Made by a program: the position numbers and the translations under genes. Of a stretch of 64,000 nucleotides of DNA, positions 1-9,961 are shown one piece after another. The notes under the pieces were generated by a model. That model did no database searches. It saw only the letters and a list, made by a program, of their open reading frames with translations, and was not told the DNA's origin. Position 1 is the stretch's first letter, and every line of letters starts with the position of its first letter. The stretch covers positions 1,024,001 through 1,088,000 of the forward strand of contig OZ246001.1 of the NCBI GenBank assembly GCA_965230295.1. Direction: 5' to 3'. Source of the DNA: Marinicella sp. GTDB lineage: Bacteria; Pseudomonadota; Gammaproteobacteria; Xanthomonadales; Marinicellaceae.

Positions 1-125
1 TAATGAGCCATCCAGTCCAAAGCCGGGGTGAGGGTGAGGATGATCATGGCTTGGGTCTCACAAGGACATTCCTTTAACAATTGATTTTAACATTTCATGG
101 ATGGCTTAACTTAATAACTCACCCA

Positions 126-150
126 TCGCCGACTGAAGTCGACTTCCCAT
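126..150. repeat. REP-like short palindrome (TCGCCGACTGAAGTCGACTTCCCAT)
   Basis: CGACT-GA-AGTCG hairpin just past the stop of the Lrp gene; the reverse strand reads TGGGAAGTCGACTTCAGTCGGCGA, resembling Xanthomonadales-type REPs. Single copy in the window. Confidence 0.45.
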
Positions 151-154
151 GGCA

Positions 155-619
155 TCATGCCAAATCCCCAATCGGTAAATGCGAGGTGCGTTTCTTTTGT
201 TGCATGGAGAAACTGGTGTTGATGGAGCGGATGGAAGGCAGCCGCAGGATTTTTTCATAGATCAGTTGGTTGTAATCATTCATGTCGCGAGCCACAATTT
301 TTAACAAATAATCTGATTCACCGCTGGTGGCATGACATTCGAGAATTTCTGGCCATTGTTGAATGCCTTGATCAAATCGCTCGACAGTTTCCGGGTGGTG
401 GTTATCCAAAGAAATTTGGGCAAAGGCGGTGATGTTCAATCCCAACATGTCCTGATCAACGATGGCGGTGTAGCCTTTAATCAAACCTTGCTTTTCTAAG
501 GCGTCTACCCGCCGCCAACAAGGTGCTTGTGACAGCGACACTTGTTCAGCCAGATCTTTGTTGGTGATGCGGCCATCAAGTTGTAGGGCTTTTAAAATCT
601 TTTTGTCATATGAATCCAT
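155..619 (-). CDS. Lrp/AsnC family transcriptional regulator (BkdR-like)
   Basis: MDSYDKKILKALQLDGRITNKDLAEQVSLSQAPCWRRV HTH plus RAM domain (ECHATSGESDYLLK); divergent from the 2-oxoacid dehydrogenase genes; start moved to the Met at 619. Confidence 0.93.
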   Translation of the reverse strand: MDSYDKKILKALQLDGRITNKDLAEQVSLSQAPCWRRVDALEKQGLIKGYTAIVDQDMLGLNITAFAQISLDNHHPETVERFDQGIQQWPEILECHATSGESDYLLKIVARDMNDYNQLIYEKILRLPSIRSINTSFSMQQKKRTSHLPIGDLA

Positions 620-753
620 GAACAACAATATAATTGCCTGATTTAATAATTTCAATATATTTAATTGCTTTGAATGGTTTTTTGCAGCAAATATCGAAAA
701 CACATTTTAATCAAAATCAGAGATAATGTGCATCCCAAAATTCTGAGAGCCGC

Positions 754-2865
754 ATGCAGTTATTTAAAAACCAAGCAGAACATCCACAACAACCAGAGGC
801 CGACAGCCCTTTTGATTGGCAAAAATTAGCCAAGGATTTATTGACTTCCAGAGCCCTGGATGACTTGGAAGAATTTGATTTGGTGAAGCAGAAAAAGGTG
901 TTGTATCAATTCTCGGCACGCGGTCATGACATGGCACAAATCATGCTGGGCCAAATCATGAACCGCAAAAAAGATGCCGTTTCTGGTTATTACCGTTCCA
1001 GGCCATTGCTGCTGTCAATGGGCATCTCAGTGGAACAGTTCTTACAAGCGACCATGATGAAGCAAGGTGGATTTTCTAATGGACGTGACATCGGCGTGGT
1101 GTTCAACCAACCCAATGATGACGGCGCTTGCATACTGCCCATGTCAGGTGGCGTGGGTGCTCAATACACACCAGTGGCAGGCTGGGCGCAAGCCGTTGAA
1201 TACCACAGCGAAACTTTAAAGAATTCAGCATGGGATGATGCCATGGGCTTGGTACTGGGAGGTGATGGCTCGGTGGCAACCAACGGCTTTTGGTCGGCTT
1301 TAACCATGGCCACCACTTTGGAATTGCCGATGATGTTCTACATTGAAGACAATGGATATGGCATTTCTGTACCCTCCCATTTCCAAACACCTGGCGGCAA
1401 CATCGTTAAGAACCTGGCCTCATTCAAAGGCATCACCCTGCTCTCTGGTGACGGATCCAACCCTGAAGAAGCCGCTGAATTGATTGCTCAAGCCAACGAC
1501 ATCATCAGGACCGAACGCAAGCCTGTATTGCTCAGATTAACTGTCCCACGATTGAACGGCCATTCAGCTCAAGACACGCAAAGCTACAAAAGTGCCGATC
1601 GCATTGCTTTCGAGAAACAGCACGACCCCTTACCCAAACTCAAAAAATTCTTACTTACCAATGGACACATGGATGAAGCAGAATGGGATCAACTCGAACA
1701 TGAGGCCAAAGACCATGTCTATGCCGCCTACCAAAAAGTAGATCAGCAAGAACATGCCGATCCAGCGGGTATCGAATTACATGCTTTTGCCGAACAAGAT
1801 GAACAAGGCAACCCGATATTACAGGCACAAGGCGGGATCCATTTAGACAGCCCAATCTTTCCACCATCTTCCTCGGAAGTCATTGCCGAACCAGGCCGCA
1901 TCAACATGGTGACCGCCATTCGCAAAACCCTGGATTACGAGTTAACCCACAATGACAAAATGATGGTGTTTGGTGAGGATGTGGGTGCCAAAGGTGGGGT
2001 GCATGCCGTAACCCTGGGCCTGCAAGAAAAACACGGCGAAGCCAAAGTGTTTGACACCAGTTTATCTGAAGAAGGCATCATTGGTCGTTCAATTGGCTTG
2101 TCATTGGCAGGCTTGTTACCGGTACCAGAAATCCAATTCAGAAAGTACGCCGACCCCGCAGAAGAACAATTGAATGAAACCGGTTCCATGCGCTGGCGCA
2201 CCAACAACCGCTTTGCAGCACCGATGGTGGTCCGGATGGCGGGTGGTTACTTCGGTTGTGGTGACCCCTGGCACTCACAGTGTGCCGAAGTCAAATGGGT
2301 ACACGCCATCGGCTGGCAAGTGGCGATGCCTTCCAATGCAGAAGACGCGGTTGGCTTATTGCGTTATGCCTTGCGTAACAACAACCCCAGTATCTTTTTT
2401 GAGCACCGCAAGATGCTCGATCATATCTGGGCTCGCAGACCCTACCCTGGCGACCAATACATCATTCCATTTGGCCAGGGCAAAAAGTTATTCAGTGGTG
2501 ATCGTCTGACTGTGGTCAGCTGGGGTGGCATGGTGCACATGTGTCAAACAGCGATTGAAAAAACCGGTGTAGCCGCAGACTTGATTGACCTGAGAACCCT
2601 GCGACCCTGGGATAAGGACATGGTGCTTGAATCGGTAAAAAGAACCGGCCGCTGCTTGATTGTACATGAAGATAACCTGTCAGCCGGATTTGGTGCCGAG
2701 ATTGCTGCTGTGTTGGCCAAAGAAGCGTTCTTTTACTTGGATGCACCGATTGAAAGGTTGGCCACCGCTGATATTGGTAACCCGCACGATCCCAGATTGA
2801 TGGAACACGCTTTACCCAATCCGGACAGCATCGCCCAACGCATCATGGAGTTAGACCAAGCATGA
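754..2865 (+). CDS. 2-oxoacid (probably branched-chain) dehydrogenase E1, fused alpha+beta
   Basis: ThDP motif GDGS...EDNGYGIS; beta-part motifs FGEDVG, DTSLSEEGIIG, EIQF, HSQ, DLRTL. Confidence 0.92.
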   Translation: MQLFKNQAEHPQQPEADSPFDWQKLAKDLLTSRALDDLEEFDLVKQKKVLYQFSARGHDMAQIMLGQIMNRKKDAVSGYYRSRPLLLSMGISVEQFLQATMMKQGGFSNGRDIGVVFNQPNDDGACILPMSGGVGAQYTPVAGWAQAVEYHSETLKNSAWDDAMGLVLGGDGSVATNGFWSALTMATTLELPMMFYIEDNGYGISVPSHFQTPGGNIVKNLASFKGITLLSGDGSNPEEAAELIAQANDIIRTERKPVLLRLTVPRLNGHSAQDTQSYKSADRIAFEKQHDPLPKLKKFLLTNGHMDEAEWDQLEHEAKDHVYAAYQKVDQQEHADPAGIELHAFAEQDEQGNPILQAQGGIHLDSPIFPPSSSEVIAEPGRINMVTAIRKTLDYELTHNDKMMVFGEDVGAKGGVHAVTLGLQEKHGEAKVFDTSLSEEGIIGRSIGLSLAGLLPVPEIQFRKYADPAEEQLNETGSMRWRTNNRFAAPMVVRMAGGYFGCGDPWHSQCAEVKWVHAIGWQVAMPSNAEDAVGLLRYALRNNNPSIFFEHRKMLDHIWARRPYPGDQYIIPFGQGKKLFSGDRLTVVSWGGMVHMCQTAIEKTGVAADLIDLRTLRPWDKDMVLESVKRTGRCLIVHEDNLSAGFGAEIAAVLAKEAFFYLDAPIERLATADIGNPHDPRLMEHALPNPDSIAQRIMELDQA

Positions 2866-4097
2866 GTGGACAAGAAAATACTTTGGTCGAAATCAAATTA
2901 ACCGCAGACCAAACCGAAGGCACCAAGGCCACCGTGGCCCAATGGCTGAAGCGCACCGGAGAAACCGTGGTCAAAGATGAGCCCATCATTGAGCTGGAAA
3001 CCGATAAAGTGATGATGGAAGTGATTGCACCGGCCTCAGGTGTGCTGCAAGAAAAAATGGTTTTAGAAGGCGAACCGGCAGAAGAAAATAAAATTTTGGG
3101 AACTATCTGTGAAACGACCGTGTCCAACCCCCCGAATGAACGAGAAAACAGGTCAGAAGAAACTCCAATAAATGGCACAGAAGTTTTACCTCAAGAAGAC
3201 CCGACTGCTGGGTTACCCGATCCTCCTTCTACCTTCATAAGCCCAGCAGTTCGGCGTTTACACCAACAACACCAGTTGGATCTAAGTCAAATCACCGGTA
3301 CCGGAAAAAACCAACGCATCACCTCCAGAGATGTGAAAGCCTATTTGGCCAAATCACCCACCACAGTACCGGCCATCAGTGACCCGGTGGTTCACACTTC
3401 TGCCGGCAGCGAGGTCATTCCGCACACCCAAATGCGCAGAATCATTGCTGAACACATGCAACACAGCGTGCAAACCGCACCGCATGTGACTTCTGTATTT
3501 GATTTGGACATGACCGCCATCATCAACCACCGCAAAGCACACAAGCAAACCTTTGCCAATCAAGGCGTGAAACTGACCTTCACAGCCTATTTTGTGGCGG
3601 CTGCAATACAAGCCATCAAACACCAACCCAAAGTCAACAGCCAATTCCATGAAGATGGTTTGGAAGTGTTTAAGCATGTCAATTTGGGCTTTGGGACCGC
3701 ATTGGGCGATGACGGCTTGATCGTACCGGTGATCCACCAATGCCAAAATCTGAATTTACAACAAATTGCCGAGCAACTGACCACCCTCACTGAAAAAGCC
3801 CGCAACAACCAACTCAGCCAAAAAGACGTTCAAGGTGGCACCTTCACCATCTCCAACCACGGTGTCTCAGGATCGCTGGTGGCCACGCCCATCATCATCA
3901 ACCAGCCACAATCGGCCATCTTGGGCTTGGGCAAAATGGAAAAACGGGTGGTGGTTGAAACCCACAATGGCCAAGACATGATGGTGATCAAACCCATGTG
4001 TTATGTCAGCCTGACCATTGACCACCGTGCTTTGGATGCCTACCAAACCAATGATTTTCTCAGTCATTTCAAAGATGTGATTGAGAACTGGCAATGA
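2862..4097 (+). CDS. 2-oxoacid dehydrogenase E2 (dihydrolipoamide acyltransferase)
   Basis: Lipoyl motif ETDKV, E3-binding ISPAVRRL...GTGKNQRI, catalytic DHR; 4-nt overlap with E1. Confidence 0.93.
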   Translation: MSGQENTLVEIKLTADQTEGTKATVAQWLKRTGETVVKDEPIIELETDKVMMEVIAPASGVLQEKMVLEGEPAEENKILGTICETTVSNPPNERENRSEETPINGTEVLPQEDPTAGLPDPPSTFISPAVRRLHQQHQLDLSQITGTGKNQRITSRDVKAYLAKSPTTVPAISDPVVHTSAGSEVIPHTQMRRIIAEHMQHSVQTAPHVTSVFDLDMTAIINHRKAHKQTFANQGVKLTFTAYFVAAAIQAIKHQPKVNSQFHEDGLEVFKHVNLGFGTALGDDGLIVPVIHQCQNLNLQQIAEQLTTLTEKARNNQLSQKDVQGGTFTISNHGVSGSLVATPIIINQPQSAILGLGKMEKRVVVETHNGQDMMVIKPMCYVSLTIDHRALDAYQTNDFLSHFKDVIENWQ

Positions 4098-4117
4098 AAT
4101 CAACACAGCCAACCCAC

Positions 4118-4147
4118 AAAAAAACCCGCTTTGTAGCGGGTTTTTTT
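4118..4147. terminator. Bidirectional intrinsic terminator
   Basis: A7-CCCGCT-TTGT-AGCGGG-T7 between convergent genes. Confidence 0.9.
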
Positions 4148-4169
4148 ACTTTTTAGCTGCGTTATTTGA

Positions 4170-4601
4170 TCAGATGGTTTTACCTAAAAACACCAAAGCC
4201 AAAATCAATGCCACCAAACCCAAAGCTTCTCTTTTGGGCTCTAAAAAGGCCACCGCACTGTCGATCATGCCGGTGATTTTTTCGTTGGATTTGGTCCAAT
4301 CTTTGAGTTGTCCTTGCGCAAACAGGAGACCCAGACCCAACATCACCAATACACCCAGCACAGAGATGATCCAGCTGAGCAAGGCATGTTGTAGCATCAC
4401 TCCAATGTAGCGCAACACCACAAAAATCAACCAATAAAGTGCCAGGAAGATGGCCACCAGGCCAATCCAACCTTCAGTCTGCTTGAGTGCATCCGTCAGT
4501 CCTTTACTGGCCGGAATCAATTCGCCGACTTTTTGGGCAGCCGCAATCAAACCGAGAACAATGAGTGTAATAATAAAAATCCATGGCATTAATGAATTCA
4601 T
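4170..4601 (-). CDS. Small integral membrane protein of unknown function
   Basis: 143 aa with about 4 hydrophobic segments; ends at the shared terminator. Confidence 0.75.
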   Translation of the reverse strand: MNSLMPWIFIITLIVLGLIAAAQKVGELIPASKGLTDALKQTEGWIGLVAIFLALYWLIFVVLRYIGVMLQHALLSWIISVLGVLVMLGLGLLFAQGQLKDWTKSNEKITGMIDSAVAFLEPKREALGLVALILALVFLGKTI

Positions 4602-4799
4602 GACAAACCCTCTTCTAATGATAAAACAATGATTTTAGCAAACCAGCCCAGGATTTGCACCGAACTACTCAGATTAAAATCCAATATCAGTAATGGTTCA
4701 CAAAAAACTCTGACCATCATTCAGCTTGGGTTCTATGAGTGAGCTGGCAAAAGAGACACTCAATAGTTCCAGCTTTTGATGGCAGAACTGTACTGAGCT

Positions 4800-4893
4800 G
4801 TTCACTTCGGCTACGCTCACTTCGACTCCGCTCAGTGAACGGCCTCTCGTTGGCTGAGTACTTCGACTGTGCTCAGCACAAGCGGAGTCGAAG
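4800..4893. repeat. Cluster of nested CTTCGACTCCGCTCAG-type REP palindromes
   Basis: CTTCGGCTACGCTCA (4805-4819), CTTCGACTCCGCTCAG (4820-4835), CTTCGACTGTGCTCAG (4861-4876) and an interrupted complement CTG...AGCGGAGTCGAAG (4854-4893). Confidence 0.75.
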
Positions 4894-4991
4894 CCTGTTT
4901 CAGAATGTTAAGTTAAATTATCTTCACCTTCTATTGAAGCCCCATGCACATTGCTTAGTGATAAAATAGCGTTTTTTAAATAAATCTACAC

Positions 4992-5708
4992 ATGAGACCA
5001 TCAAACAGAGCAAACAACGAACTCCGGGCTGTCACCATTCAACGCAACTACACCATGCACGCCGAAGGCTCAGTCCTGATCAGTTGCGGCAACACCCAAG
5101 TATTGTGTAACGCCAGTGTTGAAGATCGGGTACCCGGCTGGCTGCGTGGTAAGGGTCAGGGATGGGTGACTGCTGAATATGGCATGTTGCCCCGCTCCAC
5201 CAATTCACGCATGGGCCGTGAAGCATCACGTGGTAAACAAGGTGGCCGCACCTTAGAAATTCAACGCCTGATCGCTCGATCTCTGCGTGCTGTGGTTGAT
5301 TTGAAGGCTTTGGGTGAACGGGTCATCACCATCGATTGCGATGTCATCCAAGCCGATGGCGGCACCCGCACGGCGTCCATCACCGGCGCTTATGTGGCCT
5401 TGTGTGATGCTGTGGATACGCTGATGAAAGATGGCACGTTGAAAAAGAACCCCATCCACGGTGCTGTGGCAGCCGTCTCGGTTGGTATTTACAACAATGA
5501 GCCGGTGTTGGACCTGGACTACCCCGAAGATTCCAACGCTGAAACCGACATGAATGTGGTGATGAACGATGGTGGTCATTTCATTGAAGTTCAAGGCACG
5601 GCTGAAGGCCATGCCTTCAGGCGAGAGGAATTGAATCAATTGTTGGATTTGGCTGAACAAGGCATCCAGGAGTTGGTCGCAGCCCAACAGCAAGCCCTGG
5701 CTGAATAA
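4992..5708 (+). CDS. rph: Ribonuclease PH
   Basis: [45 protein letters not shown]. Confidence 0.98.
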   Translation: MRPSNRANNELRAVTIQRNYTMHAEGSVLISCGNTQVLCNASVEDRVPGWLRGKGQGWVTAEYGMLPRSTNSRMGREASRGKQGGRTLEIQRLIARSLRAVVDLKALGERVITIDCDVIQADGGTRTASITGAYVALCDAVDTLMKDGTLKKNPIHGAVAAVSVGIYNNEPVLDLDYPEDSNAETDMNVVMNDGGHFIEVQGTAEGHAFRREELNQLLDLAEQGIQELVAAQQQALAE

Positions 5709-5709
5709 C

Positions 5710-6312
5710 ATGACCCAAACAACACAAGTCATGTTGGCCAGTGGCAATGCTGGCAAATTAAGGGAGTTTGAGTCGGCGTTTGCTGACCTTAACATTGAAA
5801 TTCTACCCCAACCCAAGATCCCAGAATATGAGGTGGCTGAAACCGGTACCACATTTGTTGAAAATGCCATCATCAAGGCTCGGCATGCCAGTCAAATCAG
5901 CAACATGCCCGCCATTGCGGATGACTCAGGACTGATTGTGCCCGCACTGGCTGGCCAGCCAGGGGTTTACTCTGCGCGCTACGCCGGTGAAGGAGCCACT
6001 GACAAAGACAACCTGGAACTGTTGTTGAAAAACTTAAAGGGTATTGAACAACGAAGGGCTCACTTTTATTGTTGTTTGGTGATGATGCGACATCATTTGG
6101 ACCCTGATCCTTTGATAGCCAAAGGCTTGTGGCATGGTGAAATCAGCCTGGATGCTGCCGGACAAAATGGCTTTGGCTATGATCCTGTTTTTTATGTCTC
6201 TAGTCATCGCTGTACGTCTGCAGAATTGCCCAAGCCGGTCAAACAAAACATTTCTCACCGAGCACAAGCCATTGATGCACTCAAACCACAACTAAAAGCC
6301 ATGGGTTGGTAA
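5710..6312 (+). CDS. rdgB: dITP/XTP pyrophosphatase (HAM1 family)
   Basis: ASGNAGK, ADDSGL, PGVYSARY, FGYDP, SHR; conserved rph-rdgB-hemW order. Confidence 0.97.
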   Translation: MTQTTQVMLASGNAGKLREFESAFADLNIEILPQPKIPEYEVAETGTTFVENAIIKARHASQISNMPAIADDSGLIVPALAGQPGVYSARYAGEGATDKDNLELLLKNLKGIEQRRAHFYCCLVMMRHHLDPDPLIAKGLWHGEISLDAAGQNGFGYDPVFYVSSHRCTSAELPKPVKQNISHRAQAIDALKPQLKAMGW

Positions 6313-6313
6313 C

Positions 6314-7462
6314 GTGTTGATTCCTCCCAAACTCAGTCTTTATATTCATTTTCCCTGGTGTGTGAAGAAATGCCCTTATTGTGACTTCAATTCGCATGCA
6401 TTGAAAAACACCTTGGATGAAGGTGCCTATGTGGCGGCTTTGCTCAAAGACTTGGAACAAGACCTGCCTGATGTTTGGGGACGCACCGTTAACACCGTGT
6501 TTATGGGTGGCGGCACCCCAAGCTTGTTTTCTGCTTCTGCCATGCAGCAGCTGATGCAACAAGTCAGGGCCTTGTTGCCTTTACGACCTGATGCTGAAAT
6601 CACCATGGAGGTCAACCCAGGCAGCCAGGAATTTGATCATTTCAATGGCTATCTGGATGCCGGGATTAACCGTTTGTCTTTTGGTATCCAATCATTGGAC
6701 AACCTACAATTAAAACGTTTGGGCCGCATCCATAACAGTGAACAAGCCCGCAATGCCGTCCAATTAGCCAAGCAATCGGGTTATGAAAACTTCAATCTGG
6801 ATATGATGTTCGGGTTACCACAACAGTCTTTAGCGGCAGCCAAAGATGACTTGATGAAGTTACTGGAACTGGAACCCACACATGTTTCCTACTACCAATT
6901 GACCATTGAACCCAACACCTTGTTTGCAGCCAAAACACCTGAACATTTGCCCGACCTGGAATTACAACACGACATGTTTCTTCAAGGCCAGGACATACTG
7001 TCCAGTCATGGTTTTGATCAATATGAGGTTTCAGCCTATGCCCAAGCCGGACACCAAAGCGAACACAACCTCAATTATTGGCAATTTGGTGATTACCTGG
7101 GCATCGGTGCTGGCGCCCACAGTAAAATCACTTTGGGCCACAGCGCTCAAATACGCCGCCAAATCAAACACAAACGCCCCGACACTTATTTGAACACGGC
7201 CGATACCAACAAACGCATCGTTGAAACACGCTGGCTGGATGAAACCACTTTACCTTTTGAATTCCTGCTCAATCAATTGCGCATCAAACAAGCCTTCAAC
7301 TGGGACAAATACACAGCTGTCACCGGTTTGTCAGCTGAAACCCTCAAAGCCACCTTCCAGCAACACATTCCGGATGAATGGTATGACATGAACGATGCAG
7401 GGATGAAATTGACTGAACAGGGTTTTTTGATGAGTGATGAAATTTTGCAAAATTTCCTGTGA
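6314..7462 (+). CDS. hemW: Radical SAM heme chaperone HemW
   Basis: LYIHFPWCVKKCPYCDFN, GGGTPS, HNLNYW, YLGIGAGAHS; follows rdgB. Confidence 0.93.
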   Translation: MLIPPKLSLYIHFPWCVKKCPYCDFNSHALKNTLDEGAYVAALLKDLEQDLPDVWGRTVNTVFMGGGTPSLFSASAMQQLMQQVRALLPLRPDAEITMEVNPGSQEFDHFNGYLDAGINRLSFGIQSLDNLQLKRLGRIHNSEQARNAVQLAKQSGYENFNLDMMFGLPQQSLAAAKDDLMKLLELEPTHVSYYQLTIEPNTLFAAKTPEHLPDLELQHDMFLQGQDILSSHGFDQYEVSAYAQAGHQSEHNLNYWQFGDYLGIGAGAHSKITLGHSAQIRRQIKHKRPDTYLNTADTNKRIVETRWLDETTLPFEFLLNQLRIKQAFNWDKYTAVTGLSAETLKATFQQHIPDEWYDMNDAGMKLTEQGFLMSDEILQNFL

Positions 7463-7532
7463 AAATCATTTCATTGTCATGCACAAGCGCTAAAATAGCC
7501 TGCTGATTAATTAATTCACACACCCAAAATAC

Positions 7533-8726
7533 ATGCCAAACCGCAGAAAATTCATCAACAACATACTGAAAATATCAGCCTTAACCCTGACTTTCCCAAA
7601 ATTAGCCAGCGCTGCTGCTAAAAACCAGGACAACAGCATGTTGCATTTGTTGCCGGCTGACGACTTGGGCATCCGTTTACCCAAGGGATTCAAAGCCAGG
7701 GTGGTGGCTTCTGCGGGTGTTCCGGCAGTCAAAGGCGACAACTACTTGTGGCATGAAAAACCTGATGGTGGTGCAGTGTATGACGATTTCAGTCGTGAAA
7801 ATAAAAATGGTTGGATTTATGTTTCCAATGAGGAAAGCAAAACCGGTGGCGTGGGTGTTTTGAAATTCAATGCCCAAGGTGATGTGATCGACACCTATCG
7901 CATCTTGGACAACACCTTATACAACTGCGCCGGCGGCAAAACACCATGGAACACTTGGTTATCAGCCGAAGAAATTCCCTACGGACTGGTTTGGGAATGT
8001 GACCCCTATGGCAATCATCCAGCCAAGCCCATCCATTGTCTGGGTTCATTCGAACATGAAGCCTGTGCTGTCGACCCCATCGGGCGAGCGATTTATCTTA
8101 CTGAGGATGAAAAAAATGGGTGTTTTTATCGGACCGTTTTACCCAACTACCCAAGCTATGAGAAAGGTCAGCTGCAAGTGGCACAAATGACAGGTGACCC
8201 CATGACTGGTGAAGCCAAATTAATTTGGCATGATGTCCCCAATCCCAACCCCAAGAAACCAGAGCAAGAAACCCGTTATCAAATCAAACAAGCCACTGTA
8301 TTCAATGGCGGTGAAGGCATTTGGTACCACGCTGGTTATGTCTATTTTTCGACCAAAGGCGACAACCGCATTTGGTCCCTCAATTTAGATAATCAAAGCA
8401 TCAAAGTGATTTATGACTTCAAAACCACCGAATTCCCAGTATTGTCTGGCGTCGACAACGTCACTGTCGATAACAATGGCTACATCTATGTCTGCGAGGA
8501 TGGTGGCAACATGCAAATTATAGTACTGAGTGAATCAGGACAGGCCGTGCCGCTGCTGCACATTGAGAATCAAAATAAATCCGAGATCACTGGTGTCAGT
8601 TTCACTTCCGATGGCAAACGCATGTATTTCAGCTCCCAACGCGGCCCTTCATTTTGGGGCAAAAAGGGCATCACTTATGAGGTGACCGGTCCTTTTGAAC
8701 AAATCGGACAGTATTTCAAAGGATAG
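7533..8726 (+). CDS. Tat-exported PhoX/DUF839-family alkaline phosphatase-like protein
   Basis: RRKFI Tat motif; PDGGA, YVSNEE, NCAGGKTPWNTWLSAEE, FEHEA, DNV, CEDGG, SEITG. Confidence 0.85.
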   Translation: MPNRRKFINNILKISALTLTFPKLASAAAKNQDNSMLHLLPADDLGIRLPKGFKARVVASAGVPAVKGDNYLWHEKPDGGAVYDDFSRENKNGWIYVSNEESKTGGVGVLKFNAQGDVIDTYRILDNTLYNCAGGKTPWNTWLSAEEIPYGLVWECDPYGNHPAKPIHCLGSFEHEACAVDPIGRAIYLTEDEKNGCFYRTVLPNYPSYEKGQLQVAQMTGDPMTGEAKLIWHDVPNPNPKKPEQETRYQIKQATVFNGGEGIWYHAGYVYFSTKGDNRIWSLNLDNQSIKVIYDFKTTEFPVLSGVDNVTVDNNGYIYVCEDGGNMQIIVLSESGQAVPLLHIENQNKSEITGVSFTSDGKRMYFSSQRGPSFWGKKGITYEVTGPFEQIGQYFKG

Positions 8727-8869
8727 CTGCAGAGCAGCTTGACCCGCCGAGCCGGTTGGTGAGCACAGCGAATCAGAGGCGAAGAGCGCGAGGAATTAAG
8801 TCATGTTCGCAGTGGTCGCTTTCACTTTTGTTTTGAACAAAAGTGAAAGAAGCCCCAAGAATATTCCTT
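8720..8869 (+). mobile_element. 150-bp MITE-like repeat, family B, copy 1
   Basis: About 90% identical (15 mismatches by manual alignment) to 12686-12835; ends AGGA...TCCTT; fills the gap between convergent stops. Confidence 0.8.
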
Positions 8870-9447
8870 CATTCGTAAAATTCAACTTCACCAGATTTGA
8901 GGTCATAGCAAGCACCAACCACCTGTAAGTCACCAGTGGCCACTTTGTCTTCTACGATCTGAGAATCAGCCAATAACTGCGATACAGTCTGATGCACATT
9001 GGCGGTGACAGCATCTGATAAATTGGGTTCTGTCAAAGGCTCTATCGCTGGCGTTATCTGTTCAATGATGGCATCAACATGTGGCGAAACACTGGTTCCC
9101 GGGTTTTGTAAGGCGTCTAACGTGGCTGCAACCGCACCGCAATTGGAATGCCCCAACACCACCACCAACGGTGATCCGAGTACCGCCACTGCATATTCCA
9201 CACTGCCAATCTGGGTCGGCGTGGCCACATTGCCGGCCACCCTGATGATGAACAGGTCACCCAAGGATTGATCAAAGATCAGTTCTGTGGGCACCCGTGA
9301 ATCAGAACAGGCTAAGATGATGGCAAAAGGCTGTTGTCCTTCAGTAAGTACTTGACGTTTGGCTGCATTCGCCGAGGCATCAAGTGTTGTTTGACCTGCG
9401 ACAAATCGCGCATTACCGGCTTTGAGTTTTTCTATGGATTGATTCAT
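8869..9447 (-). CDS. Beta-class carbonic anhydrase
   Basis: CSDSRV, RVAGN, EYAV, HSNCGA. Confidence 0.95.
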   Translation of the reverse strand: MNQSIEKLKAGNARFVAGQTTLDASANAAKRQVLTEGQQPFAIILACSDSRVPTELIFDQSLGDLFIIRVAGNVATPTQIGSVEYAVAVLGSPLVVVLGHSNCGAVAATLDALQNPGTSVSPHVDAIIEQITPAIEPLTEPNLSDAVTANVHQTVSQLLADSQIVEDKVATGDLQVVGACYDLKSGEVEFYE

Positions 9448-9893
9448 GTTTTTTGATTGGCTAAAAAGTAGTGGTAAGTGTCTTGTTGTTTTTCGTAACC
9501 CAATTGTTCATATAATTTTTGTGCCGCATGGTTATCCAAGTCTGTTTCCAACAACAAACCCTTGGATTCAGTCTGCTCTGCAAACTCTCTGGCTTGTTCC
9601 ATCAAACCTTTGGCCACACCCATTTTCCTGGCACCGGCAGCAACAAACAAATCATTCAAAACCCACAGCCTTTGCATGCTGACTGATGAAAAACTGGGGT
9701 AAAGCTGGGTAAAGCCCAACAACTGACCTTTGGCTTCTGCAACAAAAATCACAGAATCTTGGTTTTTCAAGCGACTGTCTATGAATTGTTTTGCAGCAGA
9801 TAAGTCTGCCTCTTGTTTATAAAACTGACGATACCCATCAAATAACTGGCTGAGTTGTTCCTGATCGGCGCTGTGGGCTTTTCTGATATTCAT
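9444..9893 (-). CDS. GNAT N-acetyltransferase
   Basis: GFTQLYPSFSS, LNDLFV, RKMGVAKGL, AQKLYEQLGY. Confidence 0.92.
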   Translation of the reverse strand: MNIRKAHSADQEQLSQLFDGYRQFYKQEADLSAAKQFIDSRLKNQDSVIFVAEAKGQLLGFTQLYPSFSSVSMQRLWVLNDLFVAAGARKMGVAKGLMEQAREFAEQTESKGLLLETDLDNHAAQKLYEQLGYEKQQDTYHYFLANQKT

Positions 9894-9961
9894 GATTGAA
9901 CTTCACTGTATTACGACATAAGATGATTATAGTGTTTATTCAAAACAAAGAGGATACATCA

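Noticed and set aside
4739-4969. 76-aa ORF with LRLRSLRLRS
   Set aside because: Translation artefact of the REP palindromes.
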